Shown here one piece after another: positions 59,360-64,000 of a stretch of DNA of 64,000 nucleotides; the stretch's first letter is position 1, and each line of letters starts with the position of its first letter. Both the position numbers and the translations under genes were made by a program. Origin of the DNA: Chrysomallon squamiferum (Eukaryota > Animalia > Mollusca). The stretch is taken from the NCBI GenBank assembly GCA_012295275.1, contig CM022677.1, positions 21,576,001 to 21,640,000 of the forward strand, in the 5' to 3' direction. The notes beneath the pieces are model-generated. The model ran no database searches and was not told where the DNA came from. It saw nothing but the letters and a program-made list of their open reading frames with translations.

Positions 59360-61439
59360 TCACGGAGAATATTTACAGATAAAACCCAGTTTGTTGTGAC
59401 AGTCAGCATCTTCCCATAAAAATTAATTTCGCGACCTAATGCCAAACAGTTCGGATTTCCGCGATGATTGTCGGGTTGTCCTTCATGAAAATTTGTATAA
59501 CTAATGGATTCAGCTGGCCATCTTGACATCCACATGAATTTTCCTTCTACCTGCATATCGCTGGCGCCGATCCAGTATCCATTAGCTGAAAGTGTAAGAA
59601 CGGAAACGCAGTAATAGTAGTTCTAGTAGTAGGAGTATAATAATAATAATAGCAGTAAAAGTTTAAGAATAATATCAGTAGTAGCAGTTCAAAGAAGTGC
59701 ATTAATAGATTTTTAATATACTCCCAACGTATCACAATTAAAATATTTTAAAATATCCGCCATTTTGTGACAGCTGGGTCTGTGATTCTCTAACAAAAAT
59801 GTCTAGGAATGAAAGGAACAATCAAAAGATATTCTCATTTTTTTCAGGTTACAATCTGCAATTTTACCCAATATTTGAATAAATATTTATTTTACTAATT
59901 GCCTATCATGAAATAAGTTCAATATAACATTATATTTATGTGTTTTTTTTTCTTTAGAACCGTCTTTCCTCATACATCTGTCTCTGTTTCTCTGTCTCTT
60001 TCTCTCTCTCTTTCTCTCTCTGTCTGTCTAATAATCTCTAACATCTGTAGCCAGACAGACAGTCAGACAGATGGCTGTAGTAAATACGCGTTTTAACCGA
60101 TTGAAAATAAATAGATGAGAAGACAAATATACAAACCTGTGCCAAGTTTAAGTGCTGCACGTATTGCACGATCCTCTAATTTCGACTCAATAATCAGCAA
60201 ATAGGCATCCATTGTCTTGCAGTACTCCTAAATAACAACAACAACAACAACATCAACATCAGCAACAACAACAATAATAATAATAATAATAACAGTAATA
60301 TTAATAACAGTAATCATAATACTGAAAAAAGTAACTACAATAACAATTATAGAAATTATACTAATGCTATAAGTAGCAATAAAATAAGAACAACACCAAT
60401 ACTACTATTACTACTACTTCTACGATTAATTACTAACTCGTATATTAGTAATACATCTTTGGTAAATTCTGTAACACTATGTATGTTTTCAGTGACTTGT
60501 ATGTCAGCATGTATGTCCTTAATAACTTGCGTATATCATAATGTATATTTAGTAATTTGTAGATCAATAGGTACGTGTTTAACAACTCGTATATGAGTAT
60601 TTGTATTTGTTTAACAACTGGTATGTAAGTGAGTATCTTTAAAAGCTTGACTTCGTTCACAAATTACATATCTTGATGTATTACCTTTGCTTTCTCCCAA
60701 GTTAAAGAAAACTGATTTGAGGAAATCCAGTAACAGTTGTTTTCTAAATGAAGGAAGCCAGTCGTACAGTGGGGTTCATCTAAATTGCCAAAATATTGTT
60801 TAAATAAAAAAAATATATACATACGCAATTACAAAGACAGATGGATAGAGAAACAAATATTCTGAATATATGTATACATGTGTGTTTTTGTGTGTGTGTG
60901 ACTGTGTGTAAGGCAGACCAATACCAACAAAAACACACAAAAAAAAAAAAAAAAAATAAAAGACTAGGAATGTTTGTTTGTATGTATGTCTGTATATATT
61001 ATATATGTATTATGTATATACGGTAGAAGAATATAAAAACAAGATAAAAGAAAAAAGTAGACAAAATTGAAACACAGAGGCAAACAGACACGTATATGTT
61101 TATGTCATCGGGAAGTGTGTGTATATATCTACATCTATCTATCGGTCTCTCTAGCTACCCCCCCCCCACACACACACCAACATACATACAGGCTATCAGA
61201 CAGCGAGGGAGTCAGAAGACAAATAAACGAACACATCGAAACAGAAGATATATTGTACATGTTCATGTATGTATATGTATGTATATATGTATTATGTGTA
61301 TATGTATCATAATATATGCATTATGTATATATGTATAATGTATATAAGGTAGACCAATACAAAAAAGTAGACAAATGTGTTAAAATGAACCACAGACAAT
61401 ATATGTTTATGTCATCGGGACGTTTATGTATATATCTAC

Positions 61440-61492
<53 letters not shown>

Positions 61493-61693
61493 GCTAGCTA
61501 GCTATCTATCTATCTATCTAGCTATCGATCTATCTACACACACACAAACACACATACACACACAGACAAATACACAGACAGGAAATCAGACAGCCAGCCA
61601 GATATACAAACTGTTATTAAGAGCTGCAACATATCTACATGCATCATTGTAGACAGAAGAAAGAAGAAAATAGAGAAAATAAATATACTTCAT
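59360..61693 (-). CDS. C-type lectin gene H (QPD/WED), paralog of the 3' part of gene C; exons 61693-61639, 60779-60685, 60227-60137, 59585-59360; -1 frameshift in exon 4
   Basis: MKYIYFLYFLLSSVYNDA-YEPHCTTGFLHLENNCYWISSNQFSLTWEKAK-EYCKTMDAYLLIIESKLEDRAIRAALKLGT-ANGYWIGASDMQVEGKFMW...QPDNHRGNPNCLALGREINF[fs]WEDADCHNKLGFICKYSP*. Exon 4 is 226 nt against 227 in C and D; the missing base lies in a T-run (A-run at 59418-59422 on +). Confidence 0.8.
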
Positions 61694-62299
61694 TTCTTTC
61701 TCACGGGAAAGCTTTGACACAAACAGAGTACAAACTGTCGACTGGTTTAGTAAAGGTTCTGACTATTTCTTCCAACACACTCATATAGATTTACATCGAA
61801 TAAATAAAGATGCTTTTCAGTATAAATCAAAGAATTAAAAAAAAAAAAAAGAAATTCGGTCGCGGCGTGACGTCAGACATTTATTCTGACGTATCTTACG
61901 TAATAACAGACTTGTAAACACAATTCTTTTAACTCAGAAATAGTATAATACGTTTTAAAATACAATATAAGTCTCAGTTCAGAAATAAGCGTTAAAAGAC
62001 ATTTTATTTACTGGCCACGTGTCGCAGTTAACATCTATCGTAAAATGTTTACTAAGGAAAGGTTTTTGAAAAACGTCCCCGATTTCTGACAGCTGGGTCT
62101 ACGTTTGTGTAAGAGAATGCCGGGGATTGAAAGGATCGTTTGTGTTAAATTTGTAAGCACTTCAAATTTATTTAGATTACCATCTGCAATTTTACCAAAT
62201 ATTTGAATAAATGTTTACGAACCATTTATGTTTACTGATAACACATCCTTTCGTAAGTTAAATGCAACATTAAAATAATAATAATAATAATAATAATAA

Positions 62300-62339
<40 letters not shown>

Positions 62340-62479
62340 CATAATAAGCAAAGAAAGAAAGAAGAAAGCAGAAACAATAAAAATAAATAAAAATAGGAAT
62401 AAAAATACATTATAGTCGTATATATCTCCACATTTGTTTTTATTTATGTATTTTCTTTAGAACCGTCTTTCATCGTATA

Positions 62480-62560
<81 letters not shown>

Positions 62561-62740
62561 GATAATCTGTCAAATCTATAATTTAAAATTATATATTCTA
62601 ACATATTGCTTCGTAAAACTTTCGAATGCCCCTGAATATACATTTATATAGAGATGGAAGGATGAATGGGTGGGCAGACAGATGCCAGAAACACAGACAG
62701 AGACATAACCGGGTAGAGAGATAGATAAAAAGTTGGTCAC

Positions 62741-62908
<168 letters not shown>

Positions 62909-63011
62909 AGATGGATGGATGGATGGATATACCGTGAGATGGAGAGCTAAACTATTTTAAGTAATGTCCTTGTAAATCGCTTGATCATAAATGTAAGACA
63001 AACACAAAAAC

Positions 63012-63105
63012 CTGTGCCATGTTTTGATTCTGCTGGTGTTGCAGAAGCCGCTAATTTCGATGTTATCTGCAGCAAATAGACCTGGACTGATTTGCAGAAG
63101 TCCTA

Positions 63106-63171
<66 letters not shown>

Positions 63172-64000
63172 CAAGGTGACAACAAAAAACAACATTAATA
63201 TTAGTAGTACCAATGAAACAACAATAATAACAAAAAGGTTTCATTTTATCACTTCTGCCTTAGTACTGTGTCTTTGATAGTATGTCTTTACTAAATTGTA
63301 TATTACTTCTATGTCTTTACTAACTTCTATATTAGTATATATGACATTTAATCACTTGTATGACACTATGTATGTCTAGTGACTTGTAGGTCAATATGTA
63401 TGTCATTGATAACTCGTTTATCAGTATTTGTATATTTTTTAATCCCTGGTATGTAAATGTGCATGTTTAAAAGCTAGTAATCTTTCATACATTGTATATC
63501 AGTATACATTACCACTGCTTCCAACCTGGTAGTAGGAATCTTTTTCGGAGAAACCCAGCGACATCCGTCTTTTGTAGGAACGAAGCCATCCGTGCAGCGT
63601 TCTGCGTCTACATCACCAAAATATTTTTAGTTTACAAAAAAAGTAGCTACGCAGTTACAGAGACAGAGTGATGGTTAAATGAAAACACCTATAGAGAAAC
63701 AAACATTCTATATGTGGGTTTGTCCATGTATCTGTTTCTCTGTCTATCTATCTATGTAATCTACCTATCTATCTTTCTATCTATATATCTATCTATATAT
63801 CTATCTATCTATATATATATATACACACACACTCATCTTGTACACACATATACGCACATACGCACACACGCACACACTCGCATATATATATAACGACAAC
63901 AAGACTGACAAAGAGATTCCGCTTTGGGACATAAAAGCTGCTAAACACTTACTTGCATCATTGCAGATAGAAGAAAGAAGAACACAGAGAAAATAAATGA
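63012..64000 (-). CDS. Lectin half-domain cassette/gene I (5' end beyond the window, no own exon 4); exons 64000-63953 (partial), 63607-63513, 63102-63012
   Basis: ..IYFLCVLLSSICNDA / AERCTDGFVPTKDGCRWVSPKKIPTTRLEAV / DFCKSVQVYLLQITSKLAASATPAESKHGT; in frame with intact splice sites. No WIG/WND exon between 63012 and exon 1 of gene H. Confidence 0.8.

Overview
AT-rich, microsatellite-dense animal genomic DNA, most likely molluscan (inferred from perlucin-like lectins and TRIM-NHL and BTB-BACK-PHR fragments). Almost all ORFs in the supplied track are microsatellite artefacts. Manual splicing shows a cluster of secreted single-domain C-type lectin (CTLD) genes with a shared 4-exon plan: signal-peptide exon 55 nt, then about 95 nt, 91-94 nt and 212-227 nt, intron phases 1/0/1. 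The genes are A(+), B(+, divergent), C(-), D(+), E/F/G(-, about 10-kb tandem duplicates carrying a Tc1 remnant in intron 1), H(-) and I(-, truncated by the window end). Main observations: (1) an exon-2/exon-3 half-domain cassette with no exon 4 of its own sits upstream of a complete lectin in two places (C; I-H), phase-compatible with a 1.5-domain protein or combinatorial splicing; (2) the Ca2+/sugar-binding WND Asn has diversified (WND/WID/WKD/WED), and is the only exon-4 difference between young copies F and G; (3) rearrangement junctions fall on simple repeats. Also present: five orphan exon-2 pseudo-exons, a hAT MITE with an 8-bp TSD, a BTB-BACK-PHR pseudogene, an NHL-repeat exon and GIN1/Ginger-like fragments. 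All gene models were read by hand and lack transcript support.
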